A stretch of DNA of 64,000 nucleotides from the NCBI RefSeq assembly GCF_009914755.1, contig NC_060932.1, one strand, 5' to 3'. Shown here piece by piece: positions 42,487 to 55,546 of this stretch. The position numbers and the translations under genes were made by a program. Below the pieces are notes generated by a model. That model saw only the letters and a program-made list of their open reading frames with translations, searched no databases and was not told where the DNA came from. The stretch is from the human T2T-CHM13v2.0 reference genome, Homo sapiens. Position 1 is the stretch's first letter. Every line of letters begins with the position of its first letter.

Positions 42487-44389
42487 TTATAGAAATTATC
42501 TTATTATGCATAATTTTTATTAAACATGTATAGATCAATGATGTGTCATGAATCTTAATTAATATTAATTATCTTAGTAGAAAAATAGCCACTCAGTAGC
42601 TACTTATGCTGTCACTTCTAAAGGCAGATTCTTTGAAAACTGTTGTTGAATGTGGCAGAGAGACCCTGAACTGCATTAAAAAGAAAGAAAATGGCTACTC
42701 TCATTAAAAGCAAAACCTCAACGCTCACCTTTGCAAATAAAAGCACCAGATTCAAACAGTTCAAACATTACAAGAGGCCAGTGTACATCTTCCTTCAGCT
42801 GAGTTAAGTTTCATGAGTCAGGACAACAGTTTTACTTAGGAAGTCTTTTCTTAACATTGGCTCTAGAGAAGGTGTCATTTGCATAAATGTTCTTCCTGGC
42901 GTATATTAAAATTGTCCCTAAAGACAATTTGCTGCCCTGCAGATAGAAAACATTGAAAGCTGTTGTTTTTCTCCATAATCATGTGATTTAACAGGTTTAA
43001 TTCTTTAGCTATAAATAGCTTTATGCTTCTTAAAATAAGGACATACATACGTCATATATGTAAAATTGTTGACACAAATTATTTCTGAATGTTAATGGCG
43101 AGCGTGTATTTCTGATTCTTGCCACCTCCATCATTTTCTAAAATTGCAATTGGAAGCAACTCCCTTATTGTTCATTTTTTGTGTGGCTAAATCTGAGTGA
43201 AATTCAATTATCACAAAAATAGTTAGTTTTGATTTTGTGTGTCCTGGTACTTTTGAAATTTGGAGTGTGGCCCTATCACTCCCAAGCCATTGTGTTGTCT
43301 AAATCGATTGTCTTGGTAGGCTCACACAATGGCGAAATGTTTTCATGAATGCGTATGAGCCACATGCCCCAGCTGAGCACTCAGAAACAGGGGAACAGAA
43401 TTAAAGTTAGGTTATTGCTCATCTCTTGCCAAACTTTCTCTCCTCCATTCTGTATGGTTTCCTTTGAGATTCAGTGACAGAGAGGAGATGTATCACCTGT
43501 TGCCAGAGAGAACAGGCCCCTCACCACCTTCCTGAGCTTACATGATGTTTAAGAACATGTGTTATGGAAGAAACATTAAGAAGTCAAATTTCACAATAAT
43601 TTTAACAGATATTTCTCTGTTACACTCACACACATTATTTTTAACTAGTAATTGACAGGGGTTTATTATGTGAATAATTCATTTAGGTTTGGCTGCTGCA
43701 TTTCTGATATTGCCACTGGCTGTTTGTGTGTAGTTTATTCCGTAAATTGTGTAGTGGTACAAGCCTTTGAAAGGAATGGGCTGTGCTATCTATACATGTT
43801 CAAATCAAAATATTTGTACTTAGGAATTTAACTTTGCAAAATCGACCTTGCTAAGTCCTTCTCAAACAAGTTTCTTGTTTTGTTTTTGTTTTTTCTTGAA
43901 TATATTTCATTCATCTCAGAGCTGGGGAAAATGACCTCTGAAAATTTAGAAGACTGGATGTCACTGACTACCAAATGATGATCACTTTTGAATGAACAAA
44001 AATCCTTCAGAACTAATGTGTGGATTACAATGTTATTGGTTGAAATAATTTTTATGGTGTTGAAGAAAGATTAACCAATTCAGGGTTGGTATGTGATCTG
44101 TGCCACAATTTCCGTGGAAAATAAGTTAGCTCTCTCTTTCTACAAAGACATGATTGTACATCAGTGGCACAAATGAGAAAGTGCTAATAACATTTTGGCG
44201 CTGACTACCAAGTGTGCATCTCTTGTCTTACTTAGTTTTGCTTGTTACCTACAGCTATAGAACTCTGAAATTTGGCAAATTGATGGAAATAAACTCAAAG
44301 TACCTTATACTGTTTCCTAGAACATTTACAAAGAATACTAAACATCTTATTGACAATGCAACATTTCTTCCAAATGATCAGGAAGAACA

Positions 44390-44830
44390 CAAAATTATTT
44401 GTTCAACAAGTATTTTTTGATAGCCTATGCTATGGGCAATGGATACAAAAATAAAAATAAGACATGATCCCTGCCTGCAGAAGGCTTCAAGCCCTGTCAT
44501 GGAGATAGACACAACACGAGATAATAAAATAGGCTAAGGACTTGTTAGAAGGATGCACTCATGAGAGCAGAGAAGAGAAGAGAATCCAACTCAGGACAAG
44601 GAATGGAGGCTGCAGGGAAATTTTCTGAAGGTGATGCCGGAGCAAAGTCCTTACAGAAAGGAAGAGTAGGTGTTGTGTAGATAAAAATCAGGGGGGTTAG
44701 CCTTTTAATAACGGGACAGCTTACACAAAGTCCTGTGGTAGGGCACTCCACAGTCTATGCAGGAAATGTAAGTGGGAAAGTCCTTTACAGATGGAGTCAG
44801 GAGCAGCCACCAGGTCACTGAGGTCCTGTG
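44390..44830 (-). mobile_element. L2 fragment
   Basis: 'ttcaacaagtattt...aataagacatgatccctgcc...ggagatagacac'. Confidence 0.55.
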
Positions 44831-44929
44831 GCATCCTGCTAAGGCAGTGGCTCTTAAACAAAAAAAAAAGTTTGGTTTTATTTTTATTTAACTTTGATAG
44901 TGACAAGGTTAGATGTGTATTTCAGGTAG

Positions 44930-45442
44930 GTTTCTAGTGGTTAGGTGGGAAGCAAGACTGCAGCTCTTTCTGTAGGTACTGTTCTGGAGAACCCCAAACA
45001 AAGATGAAGGCCTGAAATTCGGCACTACCTGAGGGCCAGCTATGTTCAACCCAGAGGCTCTATCTTCCCTTTTCTTTGTCACCACGTGTACAGTAAAGGA
45101 ACAGGCAACATGGTGCCAGTAGATTTCTGCGTGAAAAATATTAGAATGGGGGTGGCCAGATTTTTGCATGCTATGCAAATGGCACACCTGGGCTGACCGA
45201 TATCTCATGCCCTGTGTAAATTAAACACCACCTCCTCAAGCTCATCTATAAAACCTCCTGTACTTCATCGTGGAAGCAGCAACTCATTTTCTCTGGGACC
45301 CCTCTCTGTACAGAGAGCTCTTCTCTTTCTTTCACCTATTAAACTTCTGCTCCTAACCTCACTCTGGTGGTCTGAGTCACAGTTTTCCGTGGCTATGAGG
45401 GAATGAATCTCAGGTATTACCCTAGGCAATGAAGACATTTCA
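44930..45442 (+). mobile_element. ERV1 solo LTR (LTR9/MER61-like); 5' boundary uncertain
   Basis: Octamer ATGCAAAT at 45173-45180, TATAAAA at 45247-45253, ATTAAA at 45338-45343, ends ...TTTCA. Confidence 0.7.
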
Positions 45443-45745
45443 ATATGCCTCATTCTCTTTTATCATTTTATTTGTTTTAACCTCTTCTGTTCTCATGAAA
45501 ACACAATCCTCATAGAAGTCTTCATGAGATGAACAGTTTTCCCAACACCATTTATTGAAGAGGTTGTCCTTTCAAAGTTGTATGTTCTTGGCACATTTGT
45601 CAAAACTCAATTGCTTATAAATGCATGGGTTTATTTCTGGGCTTTCTGTCCTGTTCCTTTGGTCAATATGTTGTTATGTGAGTACCATGCTGTTTTGATT
45701 ATAAGTGCTTTGTAATATATCTTGAAGTCAGATAGTCTGATGCTT

Positions 45746-46136
45746 CTTTTTTTTTTTTTTTTTTGACAGGAGGTAGAATTTATGGGTGAGTGTTAAGAGG
45801 GGGCAGCACAGTGGAAGCCCTTATGAATACAGGGCCCACCACTTGTCCAGAGGGCCATGACTGGGGATGTACTTGACCCCATAGTCATCTGGGATGAGCC
45901 ACTCCTCAACCACCATGTCTTCAAATTCATCCACGTTGAACTTGGTGAAGCCCCACTTCTTCGAGACATGGATCTTCTGGTAGCCAGGGAACTTGAACTT
46001 GGCCCTGCGTAAGGCCTCAATTACATGCTCCTTGTTCTGCAGCTTGGTGCAAATGGCCATGATAACTTGGCCAATGTGAACCCTGTCCACAGTGCCCTGG
46101 GCCTTTTCCAAGGCACCTCACATGTCTGTTTGGAGC
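45746..46136 (-). pseudogene. RPL10: RPL10 processed pseudogene, 3' part (C-terminal ~100 codons, 3'UTR, poly(A))
   Basis: Translation [55 protein letters not shown]...[11 protein letters not shown] matches the RPL10 C-terminus; CGA>TGA stop at 46118-46120; T-run at 45746-45763. Confidence 0.95.
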
Positions 46137-46183
46137 CTGCATTGGGGTAGTGCAAGTTCAGAGGCAAGAACATCCATCTGAAA

Positions 46184-46317
46184 GCCTGTCTCCAAGGTCC
46201 CTTAGAGCAACCCATACAAGAAATGGGCAGCATATACTACAGGGAAGCGGCTGTTTGCAGCCATTGCACATTGGACCCCTATGAGGAAAGGAACTCAGGT
46301 GGCTTAACTGGCTGCAG
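46184..46317 (-). pseudogene. SNORA70: SNORA70 (U70) H/ACA snoRNA retrocopy
   Basis: Reverse complement CTGCAGCCAGTTAAGCCACCTGAGTTCCTTTCCTCAT...GTATGGGTTGCTCTAAGGGACCTTGGAGACAGGC; ACA box intact, H box reads ACAGCC instead of ACAGCA. Confidence 0.92.
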
Positions 46318-47289
46318 CAGCTTTGTTCTTTTTACTTAAGATTGTGGCTATTTGGGGTCTTTTGTGGTCTCATGCAAATTTAAGAATTTTTTTTTCATTT
46401 CTGTGAAAAATAACATTAGAATTTAAATAGTGGCTGCATTGAATCTGTAGATCACTTTGGATAGTATGGACATTTTAACAATGTTAATTCTATTAAGCAA
46501 TAAGCACAGCATACCTTTCCATTTATTTGTGTGATTTTTAAAAAAATTTTCATGAGTTTTACAGTTTTCTGTATACAAGTCTTTTACCACTTTAAATTTA
46601 TACCTAAGTATTTAATTTGTTGTTGCTGTTGTAAATAGGATTCTTTTCTTTATACCTTTTCCAGATAGCTTTTTATTAGTGTATAAAAATGCTACCAATT
46701 TTGTGTGTTGATTTTGTATCCTGTGACTTTACTGGATTTATTTATCAATTCTATTAGCTTTTAGTGGAGTCGTTACAGTTTTCTCTGTATAAGATCATAT
46801 TGTCAGCCAACAGACAATTTCACTTTTTCCCTTCCTATTAGGGTGACTTTTATTTATTTCTCTTGTCTAATTGCTCCAGCTCAGACTTCCACAGCTCTGT
46901 AGAAAAGTACTGAAAGTGGGCATCCTTGTCTTCTCCCTGAACCCAGAGAAAAGCTGTCAACATGTCACCATTGAGTATGATGTTAGCTACCGCTTTGTCA
47001 TTTATGGCTTTTATTGTGTTGAGTTAAAATCCCTCTATACTTATTCTGTTGAGAGTTTTTATCATGAAAGGTTGTTAAATTTTGTCAAATGCTTTTTCTT
47101 TTTCCTACTTCTATCACAGTGATAGATCTCAAACTCTGGCTTCTGGCTTAGTGTTTATAGGTAAGTAGGCAGTAAAGATAATTATCATAGTATTTAAAGT
47201 CAAGAAAGAAATAATTTTGACTGAATATCAAGATATAGTGTGTGTTTGTGTGTGTGCATGCATGTGTTATGGGTGTTTGTTTGTTGAGT

Positions 47290-47872
47290 TAGCTGCAAAA
47301 ATGCTCCATCTGTCCACTTTTAAATAGCAATCTGTCAGATTGCATATTCCAAAGAGGGACACAGCAACAGCTCTTATCCTGCATGCTATTTTGCAATGTG
47401 ATATTGCCACTCTGCCTTCTGATTCTGGGCAAATCCTGTGATCAATGGAAATACAGTGGAAGTGACGCTGTCCAAATCCAGGAGTAGTCCTTTAGAGAAA
47501 ATGGAGGCTTCTTCATGTTCCTGCCTCACATACACACTTCTTCTGTTGTTTTCTCTTCAGTTCAGCAATGGTGCTATGAGAAGCTCATACATCAAAGAAA
47601 AGACATGTGTAAGCACTTGGATCATAGCCCCAGATGACACTCAGTCGATAGAAAACATTGACTGGCATCCATGTTGGTGAAACAACTTAGACATGCAGCC
47701 TTTCCCAGATGAGATGGGTCCAACCACTTCTGAATGCAAACGCACGAGCAACCTTAAGCAAGGACTGCCTAGCTCATTCCCATCTACCCACTCAACTAGG
47801 AGAGATGACAAATCATCGTCTTAAGTCACCAAGTTTTGGCATCATTTGTTGAACAACAATAAACCAGAACAC
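47290..47872 (+). mobile_element. MLT1 (MLT1H-like) LTR
   Basis: 'atcaatggaaatacagtggaagtgacgctg...ttaagtcaccaagttttgg...caataaaccagaaca'. Confidence 0.65.
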
Positions 47873-48539
47873 CCACTGAAAAGGCCATCTGACATTTTTG
47901 GAACATTTTCCCTAAATTTGGATCAATCTCCACATTCTAAAAGTCTACATTTTCAACGTAGACTCCAGAAATATACATTTCTCAGTTTGCTTGTGGTTAA
48001 TGTACAGGCTTGTGAAAGGTTCTTATGCGCCTCCAGACCCCTCACAGAGGTGAGCCACTTTAGGACAAAGGCTCTGTGTGGAGAATCCACTCTGTTCTAA
48101 GAGTGGCACCTGGGGACATGAGGAAGATTTCAGGGAAGGTTCCTAATGTAGTTTGGTTGTGGGTTGACAATGGCGTGCAAGTTAAACCACCTCATTGGGA
48201 TGCAGCAGAAGGCCAAGTTGGGGTATGGCTTGCAGCATTTTCCCTGCAATCTTATCTTTGAATATATTTCTTTGGCCATTCTAATAATTCTGTGATTAAC
48301 TCAATAACCTTTACTTAACATATCATCTACTTAAATGATATAGAGTGAATTCCACATTTTTTGGAGGTTAGGAAACCTATAGAGAACATGATGCATGCAT
48401 GACCCCCAATTTAGGCACCTGAAGTGAGAAAAGGCATGGCAAGACTTTTTCTCGTCACCTACAGCACAGTCAACAGAAATATGAGGAAAGAGACCTGCAG
48501 ATTAAGTACAATATGAGGAATCAAGTTAATAAAATTGAA

Positions 48540-48710
48540 TTGTCTTAGAGATTTTAATGAGGAGATTTTAGCTGTTCTTGTTGCACACAAGGAAAGAAAC
48601 CATGTGAGATGCTACATATGTTAATCTGCTTCACTATAGTCATCATTTAACTTTTGACGATATACCATGACATTATGTTCTAAACATCAAGCATACACAA
48701 TAAAGTTTAT
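48540..48710 (+). mobile_element. L1MA/MB 3' terminal fragment
   Basis: 'gattttagctgttcttg...tgtgagatg...gttaatctgcttcactatagt...atacacaataaa'. Confidence 0.6.
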
Positions 48711-48750
48711 TTATTTATTTATTTTTTAAATAGGAAGATACAGCTTGAGG

Positions 48751-49041
48751 AGCCAGGTGCAGTGGCTCACTCCTGTAACCTCAACGTTTTGGGAGGCTGA
48801 GGTGCGTGGATCACTTGAGCCCAGGAGTTCGAGACCAGTCTGGGCAACATAGTGTGACCCCAACCTTTATAAAAAATAAAAAAAATTAGCTGACCATGGC
48901 GCATGCCTGTAGTTCCAGATACTCAGGAGGCTGAAGTGGGAGCATTGCCTGGGAGGTGGATGCTGCAATGAGCTATGATCACACCACTGCACTCCAGCCT
49001 AGGGGACAGAGAGAGACCTTGTCTCCAAATACACAAAAAAA
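48751..49041 (+). mobile_element. AluJ
   Basis: Diverged sense Alu; flanked by atacagct on both sides. Confidence 0.88.
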
Positions 49042-49159
49042 TACAGCTCGTTACCATGCTTATGCAACACCTGGACTTCTTCAGTTGGTTCCCAAAATAT
49101 GCTGTCAAATGGCTGGCTCAGCGCAGCTCACCACAGCATTCCAAGAGCTGCTCAGTGCA

Positions 49160-49340
49160 TGCTTCCTGGACCAGTAGCATTAGAAACAAATTCACCTTGA
49201 ACTTTGTTAAGAATGCAGATTCTCAAGTCTCAGTCTGGACTCTCTGACACTCTTGAACTGCGTTTCAACAACTTTTTTTTTTTTTTTTTAATAAGCCCAC
49301 CAGGTAATGTCGATGCACGTGTAAGTGAAAGAACCCCATT
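49160..49340. mobile_element. MER5A-like hAT DNA transposon relic
   Basis: 'ggaccagtagcat...ttgttaagaatgcagattctc...aagcccaccaggtaatgtcgatgcac'. Confidence 0.6.
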
Positions 49341-49659
49341 TTGCAAGGACTTCCTGTTGACCTCCTAAAAGCGTGTGTTGATTCTGGTATGGTTCAGTTC
49401 CTCTAAACGCATATTGAATGAAGTGCAGTGGCATTTCTTCATCTGGATTCTAATAAACTCAGTCATCACATTTCCTCCGAGATCAGTGACTGTATTTCAG
49501 CAACCTAATTTGCAGATTTCTAACGCCCTATCAGATAAATTAACTACATTAAGTGTGCTCTCAGGAATTCTTCACTTCCTTTGGGCTTCTCTTTTTTTTG
49601 TAACGGTGACTACTGTAAGTTTCAAAGGATGTTGGCTCAACATATATCTTGGATGCTGC

Positions 49660-49968
<309 letters not shown>

Positions 49969-51282
49969 CGGATGCTATTTTTTAATCTTGGTGAATTTTT
50001 TAGCTTTCCTTTTATGCTTGATAATCCATTCATGTTTCTGTATAATAGCAGAGCCTGCTTATTCATGTTACAACTAATCACAATTTTTATTCTGTAAGAT
50101 TTCGTTTTCATCATGGACGGCAGATAAAACAAATTCACATGCTCTTCCTGCACAAAGATGTATCATCTTTAAACGTTTCCTGCCTTTCCAGTTAACATTT
50201 CATACTCTCTGCTCCTCCACCCTCAAACTATGCTGACGTCCCAAGGTTCAACCATCTCATGAGTACATGAGGTCCGGTGATGTTCACATTGAACTGTGCC
50301 AAAAATTCTTTGTAAACTAAAGAGTTTTACATAAGATGCAGAGCCATCAATAAGATTCAAGGGTTTAATGCTGGCAAAAATCCCGTTCTGATTTGAAAAA
50401 GGTATTCAGTATGATATATTTAGACATACATTAAGCCCTCTGCTCCAAAGCACAGCAATTTAAAAAATCAGAATTCAAAGGAATCTCTAATAACAAAGAT
50501 GTCAGGCACTGTGGCTGATGGTGGGTGAGGTCATTTTGATCTCATATATCTATTACCCCCCAAAAAGCAACCGTTTGCCTTAGTAAAGTAACTGGTGTCC
50601 CTAATGTTATTAGTAAGTTATAGTAGATGAACATGCCCATTCACATCAGGCAGACTTGGCTTTAAAATCTGGCTCTGTTACTCCTTGCTCCTGTGTGATT
50701 TGAGGAGTACATAGCTACTTTTCTGTACACAGGTTTTGTTCTGTTTAAACTGAGGACTCCTTATTTAAAAACACTATCCAATAGTCTTCAAAGCCTGACA
50801 AATACAATGCAGCAAACTTTCCTCCTCCCTGCTTCTGTAGGAAATTGCACAGCATCTCTGTTCCAGGGGATACCTGGGTTCAGCCTTTCCTCAAGAAGGT
50901 GACCATCAAAATGTATTCCACCCGTGTCTGCTTACACCAACAATCAATGTCGTCAATGACATCAGACAGCTAGTCCCAGACAGTTTCTGCTCTCTGAATC
51001 CTCTTACTTGTTGTGTCTATTATCCTTTCCTGTCTTCTGATTAATAACAGCATTATTTATTCCTTAGTATGCTTTTAGTTGCAAGACACAAACGCCCTAC
51101 TCAAAGAAACTTAAGAAAAAAAAATGTAAGGGCCTGAAGATTAAAGCCTTTCTTCTCTCTCTTTGTCTTCTTTCTTTGGTGTGGACTTAGTATGGTGTGT
51201 TTTTCTCCATATTGCCCTGAGCAGCCCCCTATGTACATTGTATCAGCTAGGAACTTGAGCAGAAAGGATCATCTTTCTTTCT

Positions 51283-51582
51283 TTAATGTTTTAAAATTTT
51301 TAACTTGTATGAATACATAGTAGGTGTATATATTTATGAGGTACATGAGATATTTGGATACAGGTATACAATTTGTAATAATCACATCAGGTTAAAGGGG
51401 GCATCCATCACTTCAAGCATTTAGCATTTTTTGAGTTATGAATGTTCCAATTATACCCTTTTAGTCATTTAAAAATGTACAATAAGTTATTGTTTAGTCA
51501 CTGTAGTCACCTGTTATGCATTCAAATACGAGAACTTATTTATTCTGTCTAACTCTGATTGTACCCATTAGCCTTCCCCTTC
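51283..51582 (-). mobile_element. L1MA 3' terminal fragment within an old MaLR LTR
   Basis: 'tacatagtaggtgtatatatttatgaggtacatgagatatttggatacagg...catccatcacttcaagcattt'. Confidence 0.8.
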
Positions 51583-52707
51583 ATAGTTCAAGTGAAGATA
51601 TAGGTGTGTCTCTTGGTTCAAGATGCCCACATAACCTATGTATGGTCAGCCTCTGTGCCCAGCTTCTGAGACAGACGCTCCCTGGGAGACCTGGAGGGAT
51701 GTGATCAAACACATGCAAACTACAGGGGCTGAAAGTGAGAAAAGGTGGTTTTCAGAGGAAAATCTTCAGTGTTAACAGACAAAGAGGGAACGATGGATGA
51801 ACAGGCAAAACCAACAGCTGTCCGGTGTAGTGTGACTTGTAACTTTTACCCGGGCTGATAAATAAATAATGGCTGGAGTCATTATGAGTGACAGAATTCT
51901 TGTTCTGCAGACACTATAAATCTGCATAAAATAAGCAATTCTCTGCTGAGATGATAGAAGAATCTATCTTCCCTCACTTCGCCAACACAGTGAGAATAGT
52001 GACTTCTGAATTCTTGATTTTTCTGGCTTCATCATGAAGAGTATTTACCGAAACCATCAATGAAGATGTTCAAACACAGTTGGTAAATGTGGGATAGGGA
52101 AATCAACGTAGGATGGTCCCCTTCGCCCCAGATATGATCAGTGTTTCTGCTGCGAGAAGTGTCATCTTCATTAACCTTTTAAAATAGGTTCTTCTTAATA
52201 TTATGGATGACTGACATTTTAATGTTTTTTATTATTTAACTCACAAAAAAATGTGAATATAATCTCTAGAGGAGAGGGAATTGGCCAAATATTATACTAA
52301 GAGATGTAGCTAATTTATTCTGTAAGTTGGCCATGAATAATATATGGGAATAAATGACATAACTCAAATAGAAGACTTTCTTTTGGTCCGGGAAAACAGA
52401 AGGAACTTGAGTATTAATCTTCTATCTGCTGCGTCATGAACTATTTTTGATACATGAGAACAATGGAAAAATTGAGAGTTTTCTTGAGTTTACCCCCAGA
52501 TCTTTTAAAAAAGACAAGTAAACTACAAAAAGCTATTTAAGAAAATATTTGTTGTCTCATTGCCAGATTAACAATTAAATGTTCCTATCTATTCATAACG
52601 TCAAAGAGAAGATGAATGGAAGCAATAGTGTTGTTGGCGGCAGCAGAATCTGTATCAACTGTGTATTAGGAGAGTAGCTGCATTTCACCAATACTCCAGC
52701 CATCCCA

Positions 52708-53013
52708 CTTTTTTTTTTTTTTTTTTTTTTTTGCGATGGAGTCTCACTCTGTCACTCAGGCTGGAGTACAGTGGTGCTATCTCAGCTCATGGCAACCTGC
52801 AGCTCCCCAATTCAAGAGCTTCTCCTGTCTCAACCTTTCGAGTAGGTGGGATTACAGGGGCACACCACCACACCCAGATAATTTTTATATTTTAGTAGAG
52901 ACGGGGTTTCACCATGTTGGCCAGGCTGGTCTCGAAATCCTGACCTCAAGGGATCTGCCCACCTCTGCCTCCCAAAGCCCTGGGATTACAGGCCTGAGCC
53001 GCTGTTCCCAGTT
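52708..53013 (-). mobile_element. AluS (Sx-like)
   Basis: Antisense Alu with T25 tail. Confidence 0.9.
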
Positions 53014-53468
53014 CCATGCCCCATTCTTACCCTTACCCTGTGCATGCCACTGCACTTTTGGCTTCTCACAGGCCTAAGAGTCTGCTTCATTATGGTCAAG
53101 GGAGAGGGATAGGCTCTAGGAGATTAAACTGTGTGACCAGATGGCAGTAGTTTTGTCAGCAAACACAGATAAATGTTATCTAGAAAGACTGTCTTGTCTT
53201 CCCTACACACCCTAACAAAAGTCATTTTTAACTATGCTTTGTATACAAGGGTCCCTGACATGAAAAATCCAGGTTACTTAACAATAGGTTACCAAGCTTC
53301 ACTTGGCTTGATCACGCCAAGGGGCAAATGTAAAAATGTGTTACAGTGATGAGGTGCTTATGTTTCATCTCCTCAGACAGCTTCTTGGACAGGCATCAAG
53401 GATGATCTCAAGCCACCCAGGACCATCAGAGAATAATTTTAATCCAGCATTTTGCAGGAATATACATT

Positions 53469-53744
53469 CTATTCTATTTATTTTTATTTATTTATTTTTT
53501 GAGACAGGGTCTCACTCTGTCGCCCAGGCTGCAGTGGGGTGGTGAGATGTCAGTTCACTGCAACCTCTGCCTCCTGGGTTCAAGTGATTCCTCTGCCTCC
53601 ACCTCCCAAGTAGCTGGGACTACAGGTGACCGTCACCATGACCAGCTAATTTTTGTATTTTTAGTATAGACGGGGTTTCACCATGTTGGCCAGGCTGGTC
53701 TGGAACTCCTGACCTCAAGCAATCCACCCATCTGGGCCTGCCAG
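53469..53744 (-). mobile_element. Alu (S/J), 5'-truncated
   Basis: TSD GGAATATACATT at 53457-53468 and 53745-53756. Confidence 0.9.
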
Positions 53745-54086
53745 GGAATATACATTTTAAAAGATTAATGTAAAGATTAAAGATGGAGAAGAAGACAGTA
53801 TTGTGTTCTGTCTTCTTAAATTAAAATAGAAAGGTTGACTTTGGCCATTCCTTCGGCTCAGGAAGTCCATTATTCAGGAAAATCAAATGGCATAATGGCA
53901 GGGTTCTTTGGTAAAAGGAAAAGTGAAAGTAATGTTCATCTCTAGTCTACTCTAGGCTTTATAGGAAGATAATATTGACATGTTGCCGTCCAGGTATATG
54001 CAGCAAGGTGGGGCCAATGAAAGGGATTTAAGGCAGAACTTCAAGCTGGGTAAAAAGAAATTTCAGTGCCTAATAGCTTATATAAC

Positions 54087-54089
<3 letters not shown>

Positions 54090-54133
<44 letters not shown>
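54090..54133. repeat. (CA)~21 microsatellite
   Basis: Perfect run. Confidence 0.97.
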
Positions 54134-54135
<2 letters not shown>

Positions 54136-55284
54136 ACGAGGATCTGTCAGAGAGCAATGTGCGTTCTGTACAGGGAAGGAAATTTCAGCCTGCAGCTTCA
54201 ATATTAACAGTTACAAACAACTCACGTGATACTAGCACACAATATTCACAATGTGCTTCAAGTTTCCATTAAGAAAACAAGTGAAAATATGGGCTTTCCT
54301 GCTTTTATAGATGTGTCGCAGAATGAATCAATAGAGAACAGTAGCTTGAGATCACATGAAGATATTAGGTTGGAGAATGGGAATATTTCTGATATTAAAA
54401 CAGACCTTGCCAAAATTCTAAGAGACTCAGTTTTCAGTGAAAAAAAAAAAAAAAAAGCATGTGATAATAAATCTAATTGCACCCTAACGGTATTACTTGG
54501 TTATTTATAAGTAACTATGGAAAGTGAGTTATTGTATATAAATAATAAAATTAACCTTTCTGTATATTTGTATGTTGTCATATATATAATTTAAAAATAC
54601 AATTCATAAAAAGAATCTGTACACTAGGAAGAATGTAAGCCATGATGTCCACTTTAAAGTTGTAAAAACATACATTTAAATATAATAAATTTAACCTATT
54701 TATAAATTAAATATAAACACAATTAAACATTTTTTTCATGGAAATACAGTTAAATAGTAATGATTTACTTCAGTCAAGGTCTTCAGAATTTTAAAACAGT
54801 TTAGAATTTTGGTGAAAATTTAGATAATTTTTCATTACATTTATAATATATAAAAAATATTAAGAAGGAAAAGGCATGGCAGTGAGGCTGGCTTCAGATC
54901 AGTGAAGGCAGGTAAGACAAAGAAGGTCTTCATCCGGCCACACCCACAAGGCAGAGCCTCAGGCATGGAGGTGCATGCATGTGACTCAGTTTTGAAGATT
55001 TTATTATAGAAATCAAAAGTGGATATCTGTAGTGTGTGTGCAAACAACATAAAACAAACAACAGTTGTAGGTCTTACAATATCTGACTTCAAGATTTCCT
55101 ATAAGCTACAGTAACCAGGATAGTGTGCTGTTGGCAGAAGAAATAATAAATAGACCAGTGGAATGTGATAAAGAGCCCGAAATTGACTCACAAGTGTAAT
55201 TTTTGAGAATAGTTTCAAAACAATCATACAGGAAAAGGAAATTCTTTTTAATAAATAATGCTGGAGTACCTAAACAGCCACAAG

Positions 55285-55546
55285 AAAGGAAGCAAACAAG
55301 GAAGGAAAGAAGAAAGTAAGGAAGGAAGGAGGGAAGGAAAGGAAAGGAAAGGGGAGGGGAGGGGAGGGAAGGAAAGGAAAGGAAAGGAAAGAGGAGGAGA
55401 GGGAAGGGAAGGGGAGGGGAGGGAAGGAAAGCAAAGGAAAGGAAAGGGGAGGGGAGGGGAGGGGAGGGAAAGGAGGGGAAGGGAAGGGAAGGGAAGGGAA
55501 GGGAAGGGAAGGGAAGATGGAAGGAATGAGAAAAAGAAGGAAAGAA
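55285..55546. repeat. Polypurine (GGAAA/GGGAA/GGGGA)n tract
   Basis: Read directly from the sequence. Confidence 0.95.

Larger units (their letters stand above)
45530..47100 (-). mobile_element. L1M ORF2 fragment, antisense, interrupted by the RPL10/SNORA70 retrocopy
   Basis: 'cagttttcccaacaccatttattgaagag' ... 'gatgcttc|insert|cagctttgttcttttt' ... 'gcattgaatctgtagatcactttgg'. Confidence 0.85.

Noticed and set aside
45821-46111. 96-aa RPL10-like ORF as a functional CDS
   Set aside because: No N-terminal half, an in-frame stop just upstream, non-ATG start, many substitutions, and the poly(A) signal reads CATAAA
52045-52180. Possible minus-strand exon with an open frame (VNEDDTSRSRNTDHIWGEG...)
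   Set aside because: Weak splice sites and an unrecognised peptide
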